Under the pieces are notes generated by a model. The model was not told the origin of the DNA, searched no databases, and saw only the letters and a program-made list of their open reading frames with translations. Positions 37,704-47,011 of a DNA stretch of 64,000 bases are shown piece after piece. The stretch comes from an uncultured Planctomycetales bacterium (GTDB taxonomy: Bacteria > Omnitrophota > Gorgyraeia > Gygaellales > Profunditerraquicolaceae), in the NCBI GenBank assembly GCA_964542785.1, contig CAZIUK010000001.1, forward strand, positions 197,115 through 261,114. Direction: 5' to 3'. Position 1 is the stretch's first letter, and each line of letters starts with the position of its first letter. The translations under genes were made by a program, and so were the position numbers.

Positions 37704-38729
37704 ATGCCAGAACTTAGAAAAGATCCGGTTATTGGTAGGTGGGTTATAATCGCTACAGAAAGGGCGCGTAGGCCTGATTATTTTAACGGCGAGAGTCATG
37801 AGCCTGTAGTAGAGAAGTCTTGCCCATTTTGTGAAGGGTTAGAAGAGCAGACCCCTAAAGAGATTTATGCCTTAAGGCCGCGGGGGACTGCGCCTAATAG
37901 CCCTGGGTGGGATTTAAGGGTTGTACCGAGCATAGCCCCTTTTTTAAAGGTAGAAGGAGAGTTAGACCGCCAAGGAAAAGGCCTTTATGACATAATGAGC
38001 GGGATTGGCGCTCATGAGATAATTATTGAAACTAACAAGCATATTGCTAATATAGCTGATTTAACCTTAGATCAGATTACTAAGGTTTTAAAGTGCTATA
38101 CGGATAGGATTTTAGATTTAGAGAAGGATGAGCGTTTTAAATATGTTTTGGCTTTTAAGAATTATGGCGGGGCTGCAGGTGGAAGCAAGATAAGGCATGC
38201 GCGTTCGCAGTTGATAGCTACTCCTGTAAACCCTAAGAGGGTAAAAGAAGAACTTGCTGGAGCAAGACGTTACTTTGATCACCATGAAAGGTGTGTTTTT
38301 TGCGACCTTATCAGGCAGGAGCTTGAACAGAAGTCGCGTTTAATTTTAGATCTAGACGGGTTTGTTGCGGTTAGCCCATTTGCCGCAAGGTTTCCTTTTG
38401 AGACTTGGATACTTCCAAAAAAACACAGCCCTGATTTTACTTCTCAGGATAGTAAGTCCTTAGAAAATCTTGCTAAAATGATGAAGATCGTACTTTTAAA
38501 ATTAAAGAAGGGTTTAAATGACCCGTCTTATAATTATATTATTCATACTGCTCCTTTTAGGCGTAAAAAAGTCGGCTATTGGAAGACGATTGAGCATGAT
38601 TATCATTGGCATATTGAGATTATGCCACGCCTTACACGCATCGCAGGTTTTGAATGGGGGACAGGGTTTTACATTTGCCCGATAGCTCCAGAGGAAGCGG
38701 CTAAATTTTTAAGAGAGGTAGAAGTATAA
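37704..38729 (+). CDS. galactose-1-phosphate uridylyltransferase-like (GalT/HIT family) paralog 1, HPH motif changed to HAR
   Basis: DPVIGRWVII..RP, CPFCEG zinc motif; IRHARSQLIA where GalT has HPHGQ. Confidence 0.75.
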   Translation: MPELRKDPVIGRWVIIATERARRPDYFNGESHEPVVEKSCPFCEGLEEQTPKEIYALRPRGTAPNSPGWDLRVVPSIAPFLKVEGELDRQGKGLYDIMSGIGAHEIIIETNKHIANIADLTLDQITKVLKCYTDRILDLEKDERFKYVLAFKNYGGAAGGSKIRHARSQLIATPVNPKRVKEELAGARRYFDHHERCVFCDLIRQELEQKSRLILDLDGFVAVSPFAARFPFETWILPKKHSPDFTSQDSKSLENLAKMMKIVLLKLKKGLNDPSYNYIIHTAPFRRKKVGYWKTIEHDYHWHIEIMPRLTRIAGFEWGTGFYICPIAPEEAAKFLREVEV

Positions 38730-38730
38730 A

Positions 38731-39726
38731 ATGGGAGAGTTAAGGCGTGATCCTATTGTTGGCAGGTGGGTGATTGTAGATAAAAGTAATACCCCAGCCA
38801 TAAAAGATTTTCAATATGAGAAGAATACCTCTAAAGGTGGGGTATGCCCTTTTTGTTACGGTAATGAAGCTATGGTTCCTCCTGAAGTAGAGTGTTTTAG
38901 AGAACCTGGGACAAGCCCTAATACCTCAGGCTGGTATGTAAGGACTGTGCCGAATAGGTTTCCTGCTTTGCAGATAGAAGGAGATTTAGACAAAAGGCCG
39001 GTAGGGCTTTATGATATGTCTAATGGAGTTGGCGCCCATGAGATAATTATTGAAAGCCCTTATCATGCTAAAGATATTTCAGACCTATTGCCCCATGAAG
39101 TAGAAAATTATATAAGGATGTGCCGTAACCGCGCCTTTGATTTGGCTAAGGATAAGCGTTTTAAATACTTAATGTTTTTCAGGAATTTTGGGCATGGAGC
39201 AGGCGCTTCTTTAGAGCATCCGCATACACAGTTAATCGCTCTGCCTATGGTCCCAAAAAATGTGGCAGAGGAGATTATTGGAGCAAAGAGTTATTTTGAT
39301 TATAAGGAGCGTTGTATCTTCTGTGATATGATAAGGCAAGAGATGCAGGAGAAAGAGCGCATAATATTTGAGAATAAGTATTTTTTGTCCTTTTGCCCTT
39401 TTGTTTCACGTTTTCCTTTTGAGATTTGGATTATGCCTAAAAAGCACAACGCTTACCTTCGTTTTGTTTCAGATGAAGAGATAAAGCTCTTAGCTGAAAT
39501 TTTAAAAGATACGGTAAGCAGGGTAAAAAATATTTTTCCGGATATTTCTTATAATTATATACTTCATGTTGCACCCATTAACGGAGATGTTGATGTAGAG
39601 TATTATCATTGGCATATTGAGTTTATGCCTAAATTAACACAAGTTGCAGGTTTTGAATGGGGGACGGGGTTTTATATTAGCCCGATTACGCCTGAGCGAG
39701 CTGCAAAATATTTAAAAGGAGGGTAA
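38731..39726 (+). CDS. galT: galactose-1-phosphate uridylyltransferase-like paralog 2 (canonical HPH)
   Basis: [17 protein letters not shown]. Confidence 0.8.
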   Translation: MGELRRDPIVGRWVIVDKSNTPAIKDFQYEKNTSKGGVCPFCYGNEAMVPPEVECFREPGTSPNTSGWYVRTVPNRFPALQIEGDLDKRPVGLYDMSNGVGAHEIIIESPYHAKDISDLLPHEVENYIRMCRNRAFDLAKDKRFKYLMFFRNFGHGAGASLEHPHTQLIALPMVPKNVAEEIIGAKSYFDYKERCIFCDMIRQEMQEKERIIFENKYFLSFCPFVSRFPFEIWIMPKKHNAYLRFVSDEEIKLLAEILKDTVSRVKNIFPDISYNYILHVAPINGDVDVEYYHWHIEFMPKLTQVAGFEWGTGFYISPITPERAAKYLKGG

Positions 39727-39730
39727 TAGA

Positions 39731-40783
39731 ATGGCAGTAAAGGTAGGTATCAATGGTTTTGGGAGGATTGGCAGATTAGTTGCCCGAGCGATATTAGAGA
39801 GAGGCTCTAAAGATATAGAGTTGGTGGCGGTAAATGACTTAACAGATGCAAAGTCAAACGCATACCTTTTTAAATATGACTCCGTACACGGAAGGTTTAA
39901 TGGAGAGGTTAATGCTATTTCGGGTGATACAATCTCAGTCAACGGAAAAGAGATTAAGGTTTTAAGTAAGAGAGACCCTTCAGAGTTACCTTGGAAGGAT
40001 TTAGGGGTTGAGATAGTGGTTGAGTCAACCGGGCTTTTTACCGTCAAAAAAGATGGAGTGAATAAAAAGGGTAAGGAGGTAAAGGGCGCTGAGAATCATA
40101 TAACTAAAGGTGGGGCAAAGAAGGTTATTATTTCTGCTCCGGCTGAAGGCGAGGATATAACTATTGTTATGGGGGTGAATGAGGGTAAGTATGACCCTAA
40201 GAACCATAATGTTTTATCTAACGCCTCTTGTACGACTAATTGCTTAGCACCGGTTGCTAAGGTTATCAATGATAATTGGGGGATAGTAAAGGGATTGATG
40301 ACTACTATCCATGCTTATACTAATGACCAGAAGATTCAGGATATGGCGCATTCGGATTTACGCCGCGCGCGCGCTGCCGCAGTCTCGATGATACCTACTT
40401 CTACGGGTGCGGCTAAGGCGATATCATTGGTTATTCCGGAGCTAAAAGGTAAACTTGATGGTTTTGCAATCCGGGTACCGACACCTAATGTTTCTGTGGT
40501 GGATTTAACCCTTTCTTTAGCAAAGAAAGCTACGGCTGAAGAGTTAAACGCAGCACTTAAGGCAGCTTCAGAAGGTGCCATGAAAGGTATTTTAGGTTAT
40601 ACCGAAGACCCTGTAGTTTCAATTGACTTTAATCATTGCCAATTAAGTTCAGTAGTTGATGCTAAGAGTACCAAGATTATACAGGATGATTTTGTAAAGG
40701 TACTTTCTTGGTATGATAATGAGTGGGGTTATTCAAACCGCGTAGTTGACCTTTGCGAATACATCATCCGCAAAGGCCTCTAA
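39731..40783 (+). CDS. gap: glyceraldehyde-3-phosphate dehydrogenase
   Basis: [22 protein letters not shown] active-site motif. Confidence 0.95.
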   Translation: MAVKVGINGFGRIGRLVARAILERGSKDIELVAVNDLTDAKSNAYLFKYDSVHGRFNGEVNAISGDTISVNGKEIKVLSKRDPSELPWKDLGVEIVVESTGLFTVKKDGVNKKGKEVKGAENHITKGGAKKVIISAPAEGEDITIVMGVNEGKYDPKNHNVLSNASCTTNCLAPVAKVINDNWGIVKGLMTTIHAYTNDQKIQDMAHSDLRRARAAAVSMIPTSTGAAKAISLVIPELKGKLDGFAIRVPTPNVSVVDLTLSLAKKATAEELNAALKAASEGAMKGILGYTEDPVVSIDFNHCQLSSVVDAKSTKIIQDDFVKVLSWYDNEWGYSNRVVDLCEYIIRKGL

Positions 40784-40795
40784 AACCTAATCTTG

Positions 40796-40835
40796 GGGGA
40801 CAGGCACTTGGAGAGCGTCCCCTAGGGGACAGGTT
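40796..40835. repeat. MITE fragment (right-end type) plus GGGGACAGG motifs
   Basis: GGGGGACAGGCACTTGGAGAGCGTCCCCTAGGGGACAGG. Confidence 0.4.
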
Positions 40836-40860
40836 TGGTTTTGGGATGAGGGGGTAAGGA

Positions 40861-42042
40861 ATGGGTAAGTTAACGCTAAGGGATTTAGAGTTAAAAGGAA
40901 GAGTTGTTTTGATGCGCGCTGATTTTAATGTGCCGCAGGACAAAGAGCTGAAGATAACTGATGATACGCGTATAAGGGCAACCCTTCCGACAATAAAGTA
41001 TATATTAGAAAACAGCGCAAAAAAACTTATTCTTATAAGCCATTTAGGCAGGCCTGAGGGGAAAGTAGTAGAAAAGTATAGTCTAAAACCGGTATCTTTG
41101 CGTTTAACAGAGCTTTTAGGCGAAGAGGTCTTGTTTTTAAATGATTGCGTAGGGGTAAGTATTAAAGAGTCGGTTCAGTCTGCTAAGGAGCGGGTAATCC
41201 TTTTAGAGAATCTTCGTTTCTATCCACAGGAAGAGGCAAATGATCCTAATTTTGCTAAAGAGTTAGCTTCTTTAGCTGAGGTATTTGTTAATGATGCCTT
41301 TGGTACTGCCCACCGCGCCCATGCTTCTACTGAAGGGGTAACGCATTTTTTAAAATCAGCCGCAGGTTTTCTTTTAGAAAAAGAGATAGAATATTTAGGC
41401 AGGGTAATCATAAATCCGGCAAAGCCATTTATGGTTATTTTAGGAGGGGCAAAGGTTTCAGACAAAATCGCTATGATTGAGAACCTTCTGCCTAAGGCAG
41501 ATGCGTTTATTATTGGCGGCGGGATGGCATACACATTTTTAAAAGCACAAGGAAAAGAGATAGGCAATTCAAAGCTTGAAAAAGAAAGGATAGATTTAGC
41601 AAAGAGTATCCTTAGCCAAGCAAAAGAACAGGGTAAAGATATACTCTTGCCGGTTGATAATATTGTAGTAGAATCAATTGATGCAAATGCCAAGAGTGAA
41701 TTAGTAGGAGAGGATATCCCTGATGGGAAGATAGCCGTTGATATTGGTCCAAAGACAGTAGAGCTTTTTAGCGCAAAGCTAAAAAATGCAAAAACTATAG
41801 TTTGGAATGGGCCTTTAGGGATTTTTGAGATGGATGCCTTTGCCAAAGGCACAAGAGAAGTTGCTAAATTTATTTCAGGGTTAGACTGCATCTCTATTAT
41901 TGGAGGCGGGGATACTGCAGCAGCAATAGCTAAGTTTAGATTAGAAGATAAGATGACGCATATCTCAACTGGAGGCGGAGCAAGCTTAGAATACTTGGAA
42001 GGTAAAATCCTTCCCGGGGTAGCAGCGCTCACAGACAAATAA
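40861..42042 (+). CDS. pgk: phosphoglycerate kinase
   Basis: RADFNVP, GGGASLE motifs. Confidence 0.95.
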   Translation: MGKLTLRDLELKGRVVLMRADFNVPQDKELKITDDTRIRATLPTIKYILENSAKKLILISHLGRPEGKVVEKYSLKPVSLRLTELLGEEVLFLNDCVGVSIKESVQSAKERVILLENLRFYPQEEANDPNFAKELASLAEVFVNDAFGTAHRAHASTEGVTHFLKSAAGFLLEKEIEYLGRVIINPAKPFMVILGGAKVSDKIAMIENLLPKADAFIIGGGMAYTFLKAQGKEIGNSKLEKERIDLAKSILSQAKEQGKDILLPVDNIVVESIDANAKSELVGEDIPDGKIAVDIGPKTVELFSAKLKNAKTIVWNGPLGIFEMDAFAKGTREVAKFISGLDCISIIGGGDTAAAIAKFRLEDKMTHISTGGGASLEYLEGKILPGVAALTDK

Positions 42043-42043
42043 G

Positions 42044-42817
42044 ATGAGAAGGACGATTATCGCTGGAAACTGGAAGATGTATAAGACAATTAAAGAAGCG
42101 ATTGAATTAACCAATGGCTTAAAAAGGGAACTGTTTAAGATTAATAGCGATGCCTTGGATATAGTCCTATGCCCGTCTTTTACTGCGCTTTCTGATGTTG
42201 CGGAGGTAATTAATGAAACGGGGATAAAATTAGGAGGGCAGGATTTATACTGGGTAGATGAGGGTGCTTTCACCGGAGAGGTATCGGGTAAGATGTTAAA
42301 AGATGTTGGGTGTAGTTATGTTATTATTGGGCATTCTGAGCGCAGGCAATTTTTTGGCGAAACTAACGAGAGCGTGAATAGGAAGATTAAAAGTGCTCTT
42401 TCCAATGGGTTAATTCCTATAGTCTGTGTGGGCGAGATGCTTGCTGAGCGTGAGGCAGGGAAAACCTTCGATATCCTTAAAAACCATGTAGAGGGCGCAT
42501 TAAGCGGGCTCTTAGAGGAAGATGTTTTAAAAATAGTTATTGCTTATGAACCGGTTTGGGCAATAGGCACAGGTAAGACAGCAACCCCTCAACAGGCGCA
42601 AGAGGTGCATAAATATATCCGTCAGTTATTGTGTAAGTTGTATAATCAAGAGGTTGCCTCTGAGGTAAGGATACAATACGGAGGCAGTGTCAAGCCTGAT
42701 AATATAGTAGAATTAATGAGAGAGCCTGATGTTGACGGCGCATTAGTGGGGGGTGCTAGCCTTAAAGTCGATACATTTTCAGAGATAGTTACTAAAGCTT
42801 CCGAGGTGTTAAAATGA
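42044..42817 (+). CDS. tpiA: triosephosphate isomerase
   Basis: AGNWKM, IGHSERR, AYEPVWAIGTG. Confidence 0.95.
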   Translation: MRRTIIAGNWKMYKTIKEAIELTNGLKRELFKINSDALDIVLCPSFTALSDVAEVINETGIKLGGQDLYWVDEGAFTGEVSGKMLKDVGCSYVIIGHSERRQFFGETNESVNRKIKSALSNGLIPIVCVGEMLAEREAGKTFDILKNHVEGALSGLLEEDVLKIVIAYEPVWAIGTGKTATPQQAQEVHKYIRQLLCKLYNQEVASEVRIQYGGSVKPDNIVELMREPDVDGALVGGASLKVDTFSEIVTKASEVLK

Positions 42818-43143
42818 TGGGATTAGTTATTACAATTCATATTATTGCATGTTTACTTCTTATTATTTTAGTTTTGATTCAAAGGGGTAGAGGTAGTGGT
42901 TTAGTTGAAAGCTTTGCCGGTGTTGAGTCAATGTTTGGGACTAAGACGAGCGATTTTTTGACGCGCGCAACTACTATTTGCGCTATAATATTTTTTCTTA
43001 CTTGTTTAGTGCTTGCTATTCTATCCGTCAGGCAGAGTAAGTCCTTATTAGCCAAAGTTAAGCCCCCAGCTACTAGTGTTAAAGAGAGCAAACTTCCTGC
43101 TGTAGATCAATCAACGCCTATTACAGGTGCAGCTGAAGAATAA
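42814..43143 (+). CDS. secG: preprotein translocase subunit SecG
   Basis: Two TM helices; LIQRGRGSGL motif. Confidence 0.85.
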   Translation: MMGLVITIHIIACLLLIILVLIQRGRGSGLVESFAGVESMFGTKTSDFLTRATTICAIIFFLTCLVLAILSVRQSKSLLAKVKPPATSVKESKLPAVDQSTPITGAAEE

Positions 43144-44284
43144 AAAACTATTCTGGATATATGCTTTAAGTAGTTCTGTTTATTTTACTCAAGGCATTGA
43201 AGCGCTTCCTTCCCAAGGTTTATTTTACTATCTTAAAGAAACCCTTAATTTTTCTCCACAAAAAATAATGGTTATCTTAAGTATCCCAGCCTTTGCTTGG
43301 ATGGTTAAGCCTTTTATCGGTTATGTAATTGATAATTTTTTTAGCAAGAGAAGATGGATTTTTATCTCTCTTGTTTTGGATATTTTAATGGTTTTGGCTT
43401 TAGGGTTAATACAGATGCCTTTGATGACGTTAATTATTTTGTTAGCCATTAACTCCGCTGATTCTGCTTTTCGTGATGTGGCGGTTGACGGGGTTATGTG
43501 CGTTGAAGGGAAAAAATATAATGCCACGGGAAAAATTCAGAGTATTCAATGGATTGCTTTATCCGTAGCAGGGATTATTACCGGGACTGGCGGAGGCTAC
43601 CTTGCGCAGATATGGGGGTACAGGGGCGCGTTTCTTTGCCTTATACCAATTTATATTATAGTTATGCTGCCTGCTTATTTTTATCGTGAGACGATAGTAA
43701 GGCAAGAGAGTAAGCGCAGAAGTTTAATCGATGATTTAAAAACACTTATTTATGATAAATACCTTTTAGCGGTAGCGCTCTTTATTTTTCTTTATAAATT
43801 TTCTCCTTCTTTTGGGGCTCCGCTCTTTTTTATTCAGCGCGATAATTTTGGCTGGGGGAAGGTTTGGATAGGAACTTTGAGTACTATCGGGACTATTTTT
43901 GCTATTATCGGCTCAATATTTTATTTTAAATTAAGCGAGAAGATCAATATAAAAAAGTGGTTATTTGTCTCGGTATTCTTAGGCGCGGTTACTACTTTAA
44001 GTTATCTTTATTATACGCCGGTTACTGCGGTTATTTACGATGTAGTTTATAGCTTTATCGGCATGTTTATTTTTATTATGGTGATGGATTTTATGGCGAG
44101 GAGTTCTATTAAGGGCTTAGAGGCGACTTCTTTTGCGCTTTTATGCAGTGTAAGTAATTTAGCGCTTGTTTTAAGTAACCTCTCTGGCGCATATCTATTA
44201 CCTAAAACAGGTTTAAGCTGGCTTATTATAATTTCTTCGCTTGCTAGTTTTCTTTGCCTTCCTTTAATCCGTAAGATAAGATAG
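43127..44284 (+). CDS. MFS-type transporter (BT1/AmpG-like); GTG start
   Basis: About 12 TM; family assignment tentative. Confidence 0.55.
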   Translation: MQLKNKKLFWIYALSSSVYFTQGIEALPSQGLFYYLKETLNFSPQKIMVILSIPAFAWMVKPFIGYVIDNFFSKRRWIFISLVLDILMVLALGLIQMPLMTLIILLAINSADSAFRDVAVDGVMCVEGKKYNATGKIQSIQWIALSVAGIITGTGGGYLAQIWGYRGAFLCLIPIYIIVMLPAYFYRETIVRQESKRRSLIDDLKTLIYDKYLLAVALFIFLYKFSPSFGAPLFFIQRDNFGWGKVWIGTLSTIGTIFAIIGSIFYFKLSEKINIKKWLFVSVFLGAVTTLSYLYYTPVTAVIYDVVYSFIGMFIFIMVMDFMARSSIKGLEATSFALLCSVSNLALVLSNLSGAYLLPKTGLSWLIIISSLASFLCLPLIRKIR

Positions 44285-44345
44285 GCTAGGAGTGTGGAAT
44301 GTGTTACAATAAGTAAGGATAAAGCTAAAGTATAAAGGAGGAGAG

Positions 44346-44474
44346 ATGGCAAATGTAAAAAGTGTCGGAGAGGTTTATAAATGTAGTATCTGTGGGAATG
44401 TAGTTGAGGTAAAAGAAGTTGGCGGAGGGGAATTAGTTTGTTGCGGTAAGCCGATGGAGAAGATTGTAGGGTAA
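44346..44474 (+). CDS. desulforedoxin (42 aa), absent from the ORF track
   Basis: [42 protein letters not shown]; C-x2-C...CC FeS4 motif close to D. gigas desulforedoxin; strong RBS AAAGGAGGAG. Confidence 0.85.
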   Translation: MANVKSVGEVYKCSICGNVVEVKEVGGGELVCCGKPMEKIVG

Positions 44475-44477
44475 GGG

Positions 44478-45422
44478 TTGGGCAAAGACATTAAGATACT
44501 TGTTACTGGGGCGACAGGCTTTATCGGAAGGTATCTTATCCTTGAATTGTTGTCGCGCGGATATACTAATATAACTGCCTTAGTGCGGCACACTTCCGAT
44601 GTATCTTTTTTAAAAACGAATAGGATAAAGATTGCCTTTGGGGATATAACAGATAAGATTTCCATTGATTCTTTAGGAGATTATTACGAAGTTTTATTTC
44701 ACTGCGCTGGATTTGTAGCTGATGAGGATTTAGAGGCTTTACATAGGGTAAATGTTTTAGGAACCCAAAATTTATGCTCTTGGGCTTTAGAAAATAAGCT
44801 TAAAAAAGTTGTTTATACCAGTTCAGTTGCGGTTAATTCCGGGAATCTCCAAACTCCCCTTACAGAGGATAAACCCTATTTAGCTACTAATAGATACGGG
44901 GAATCAAAATTAGAAGCAGAGAAGATTGCAGTTGAGTTTCAGGGTAAAGGGTTGCCTCTTGTTATTGTCCGGCCTTGCATGGTTTATGGAGAAGGGGAGC
45001 CGCATATGCTTTCTCTTTTAGTCCGGCTCTTAAGGTTAAGGCTACTTATTTTACCTGGCTTAGGAGAGCCTAAGTTGCATCTTGTTTCTGTGCGTAATGT
45101 TGCCGCTTTCTTAGCGCATTGTATGGAGGATGAGCGGGCTGTGGCAGGGGTATTTCATATAGCGGATAAAGAGGTCCTAAGCCTTAAAGATATTTTTAGT
45201 ATATTTGCTAAAAGTTTAGAGTTAAAAGAACCGCTCTTACTTTCGCCTTTCTTGACAAAGATCCTCTCCTTTCTTCCTTTTATCGGAAAGAGAATTAGGT
45301 TTCTATCCAAGGGGAGAGTTTATAGTTTAGAGAGGATAGAAAAAATCCTTAATTTTATTCCTCCTTATTCAGCCTATCAAGAATTAAGGCTTTCAGTAAA
45401 AAATTTTTCAAAAAAACCTTGA
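44478..45422 (+). CDS. NAD-dependent epimerase/dehydratase family protein (TTG start)
   Basis: ILVTGATGFIGRYL. Confidence 0.75.
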   Translation: MGKDIKILVTGATGFIGRYLILELLSRGYTNITALVRHTSDVSFLKTNRIKIAFGDITDKISIDSLGDYYEVLFHCAGFVADEDLEALHRVNVLGTQNLCSWALENKLKKVVYTSSVAVNSGNLQTPLTEDKPYLATNRYGESKLEAEKIAVEFQGKGLPLVIVRPCMVYGEGEPHMLSLLVRLLRLRLLILPGLGEPKLHLVSVRNVAAFLAHCMEDERAVAGVFHIADKEVLSLKDIFSIFAKSLELKEPLLLSPFLTKILSFLPFIGKRIRFLSKGRVYSLERIEKILNFIPPYSAYQELRLSVKNFSKKP

Positions 45423-45464
45423 CAACCCTTATAAAGGGTGTATACTTGTAAATGGAAACCATTT
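45419..45464 (+). promoter_or_regulatory. TTGACA-N16-TATACT promoter followed by the 7-1-7 palindrome AAATGGAAACCATTT (candidate Fur-family operator)
   Basis: Promoter at 45419-45446; palindrome at 45450-45464, immediately upstream of the Fur-family gene. Confidence 0.45.
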
Positions 45465-45480
45465 TCATTTAGAGGGAATA

Positions 45481-45951
45481 ATGTATAGAGAGGATTGGGG
45501 CAGACACGGTTGGTGGCAAGGGAAATTTAGAGGTTGTGGCTATAGAATTACCTTAGGCAGGGAAGCTGTCTTAGATGTCCTCTCTAAATCAGATAAACAT
45601 TTAAGCGCAGAAGAGATATATAAAAAAATCCGCGCAAGGTTCCCAAGTGTCGGCTTAACTACCGTTTATAGGACGCTGGATGTTTTAGTAAACTTAGGGC
45701 TTGTCTTTAAGTTTGACTTCGGCGATAAAAGGGCACGTTTTGAGTTAGCAGAAGGCCCTAAGGGGGTAAGACATCATCACCATTTAATCTGTACTAACTG
45801 TAAGCGTGTTATAGATTATACTGATTTTATTGATGAAGAGGTTGAATTATTAAACCAGACAGAGAGAGGCTTAAGCGAAAAATACGGGTTTAAAATTACT
45901 AATCATCTGATTCAATTTTATGGCTTATGCGGTACTTGCAGAAAGCCTTAA
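45481..45951 (+). CDS. Fur-family transcriptional regulator (Fur/PerR/Zur type)
   Basis: wHTH ...LDVLSKSDKHLSAEEIYKKI..., HHHHLIC-x-C and CGTC metal sites. Confidence 0.85.
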   Translation: MYREDWGRHGWWQGKFRGCGYRITLGREAVLDVLSKSDKHLSAEEIYKKIRARFPSVGLTTVYRTLDVLVNLGLVFKFDFGDKRARFELAEGPKGVRHHHHLICTNCKRVIDYTDFIDEEVELLNQTERGLSEKYGFKITNHLIQFYGLCGTCRKP

Positions 45952-45965
45952 AAAATTTTAATTAT

Positions 45966-45980
45966 AAATGAAAATCATTT
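45966..45980 (+). promoter_or_regulatory. second copy of the 7-1-7 palindrome AAATGAAAATCATTT upstream of the DUF5320/NifX cluster
   Basis: One mismatch from the site at 45450. Confidence 0.4.
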
Positions 45981-46015
45981 CCAGTAAAACTATTTTTTTT
46001 AGGAGGAGTTAAATT

Positions 46016-46525
46016 ATGCCGAGGTTTGACGGAAGCGGGCCTTTAGGTAAAGGGCCTTTTACAGGCAGGGGAAAAGGATTCTGTGTTTTGAAATTAACAG
46101 ATAAAGAGAAGGGTAAGGTTAATAATGGAAAGGGGGTGGCTGATATGCCAAGAGGAGACGGAACAGGCCCAATGGGGCAGGGACCAATGACAGGAAGAGG
46201 TGGTGGGTATTGCGCTGGTTTTTCTACTCCTGGGTATGCTAATCCTATTGCTGGTAGGGGTTATTTTGGCAGGGGGATGGGTTTTGGCCGGGGAGCTAGA
46301 AGAGGATGGCGTAATTGGTATTACGCTACAGGCCTTGCCGGTTGGCAGAGGGCTTCAATGGGTATGCCTGCTTTTGGCGGAGCATATCCTTATGCGCCTG
46401 AGATAACTCCGGAAGAAGAGGTGAATATCTTAAAGAGCGAAGCTGAAGTTTTAAAAAGAGAGCTTGAAGATATTCAAGGGCGTATTGAAAGCTTAGAGAA
46501 AGCACAGGCAAACAAGGCTAAATAG
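46016..46525 (+). CDS. DUF5320-like glycine-rich protein (two MPRxDGxGPxGxGPxTGRGxGxC motifs) with C-terminal coiled coil
   Basis: MPRFDGSGPLGKGPFTGRGKGFC and MPRGDGTGPMGQGPMTGRGGGYC. Confidence 0.6.
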   Translation: MPRFDGSGPLGKGPFTGRGKGFCVLKLTDKEKGKVNNGKGVADMPRGDGTGPMGQGPMTGRGGGYCAGFSTPGYANPIAGRGYFGRGMGFGRGARRGWRNWYYATGLAGWQRASMGMPAFGGAYPYAPEITPEEEVNILKSEAEVLKRELEDIQGRIESLEKAQANKAK

Positions 46526-46537
46526 CCATTTCTGTTA

Positions 46538-46572
46538 AAAAAAAGGGGGGGGTAGAATCCCTCCCTTTTATA
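46538..46572 (+). terminator. candidate rho-independent terminator
   Basis: AAAGGGGGGGG-TAGAAT-CCCTCCCTTTT hairpin then a T-rich tract. Confidence 0.35.
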
Positions 46573-46598
46573 AAAATTTATAATTAAAGGGAGAGAAG

Positions 46599-46991
46599 AT
46601 GCGAATCGCTATATCTACAGACGGAGACTTTGTTTCCGCACATTTTGGGAGATGCCCGTTTTTTACCATCGTTGATATTGAGGGAGAGAAAATAGTAAAA
46701 AAAGAGAAGGTAGCTAATCCCGGGCATATGCCGGGGGCTATACCGCAATTCTTACACCAAAAAAATGTAGAGTGTATAATCGCCGGCGGGATGGGTATGC
46801 GTGCCAGCGGCTTTTTTGAAGATTTTGGAATAAAAGCAGTTATGGGTATAAGCGGTAGAGTCGATGATGTTATTGGACAGATTCAAAAAGGGACCTTACA
46901 GGGAGGGGAGAGCCTTTGTAAGCCGGGGTCGGGCAAAGGGTATGGATTAGATAAAGGGGTTTGTGACCACCCGGAAGAAAAGAACTGTTAA
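46599..46991 (+). CDS. NifX/NifB-C-terminal-like (dinitrogenase FeMo-cofactor-binding domain) protein
   Basis: MRIAISTDGD..VSAHFGRCPFFTIVDIE... signature. Confidence 0.8.
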   Translation: MRIAISTDGDFVSAHFGRCPFFTIVDIEGEKIVKKEKVANPGHMPGAIPQFLHQKNVECIIAGGMGMRASGFFEDFGIKAVMGISGRVDDVIGQIQKGTLQGGESLCKPGSGKGYGLDKGVCDHPEEKNC

Positions 46992-47011
46992 GAAAAGGAG
47001 AGTAAAAAGAG

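Noticed and set aside
39731-40783. Apparent ~10-aa insertion ([17 protein letters not shown]) in GAPDH relative to the canonical sequence
   Set aside because: Lys-rich surface-loop expansions are common in AT-rich genomes. Catalytic motifs are intact, so it is not treated as a separate finding.
3270-40835. Whether the GGGGACGCTCCCC-containing repeats constitute a CRISPR array
   Set aside because: The copies are irregularly spaced by kilobases and are themselves long inverted repeats with AT-rich cores. There are no short regular repeat-spacer units and no cas genes.
46200-46511. ORFs 46200-46406 (+) and 46326-46511 (-) within the DUF5320 gene
   Set aside because: Generated by GC-rich glycine-codon repeats. 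Alternative frames of a gene that has clear motifs.
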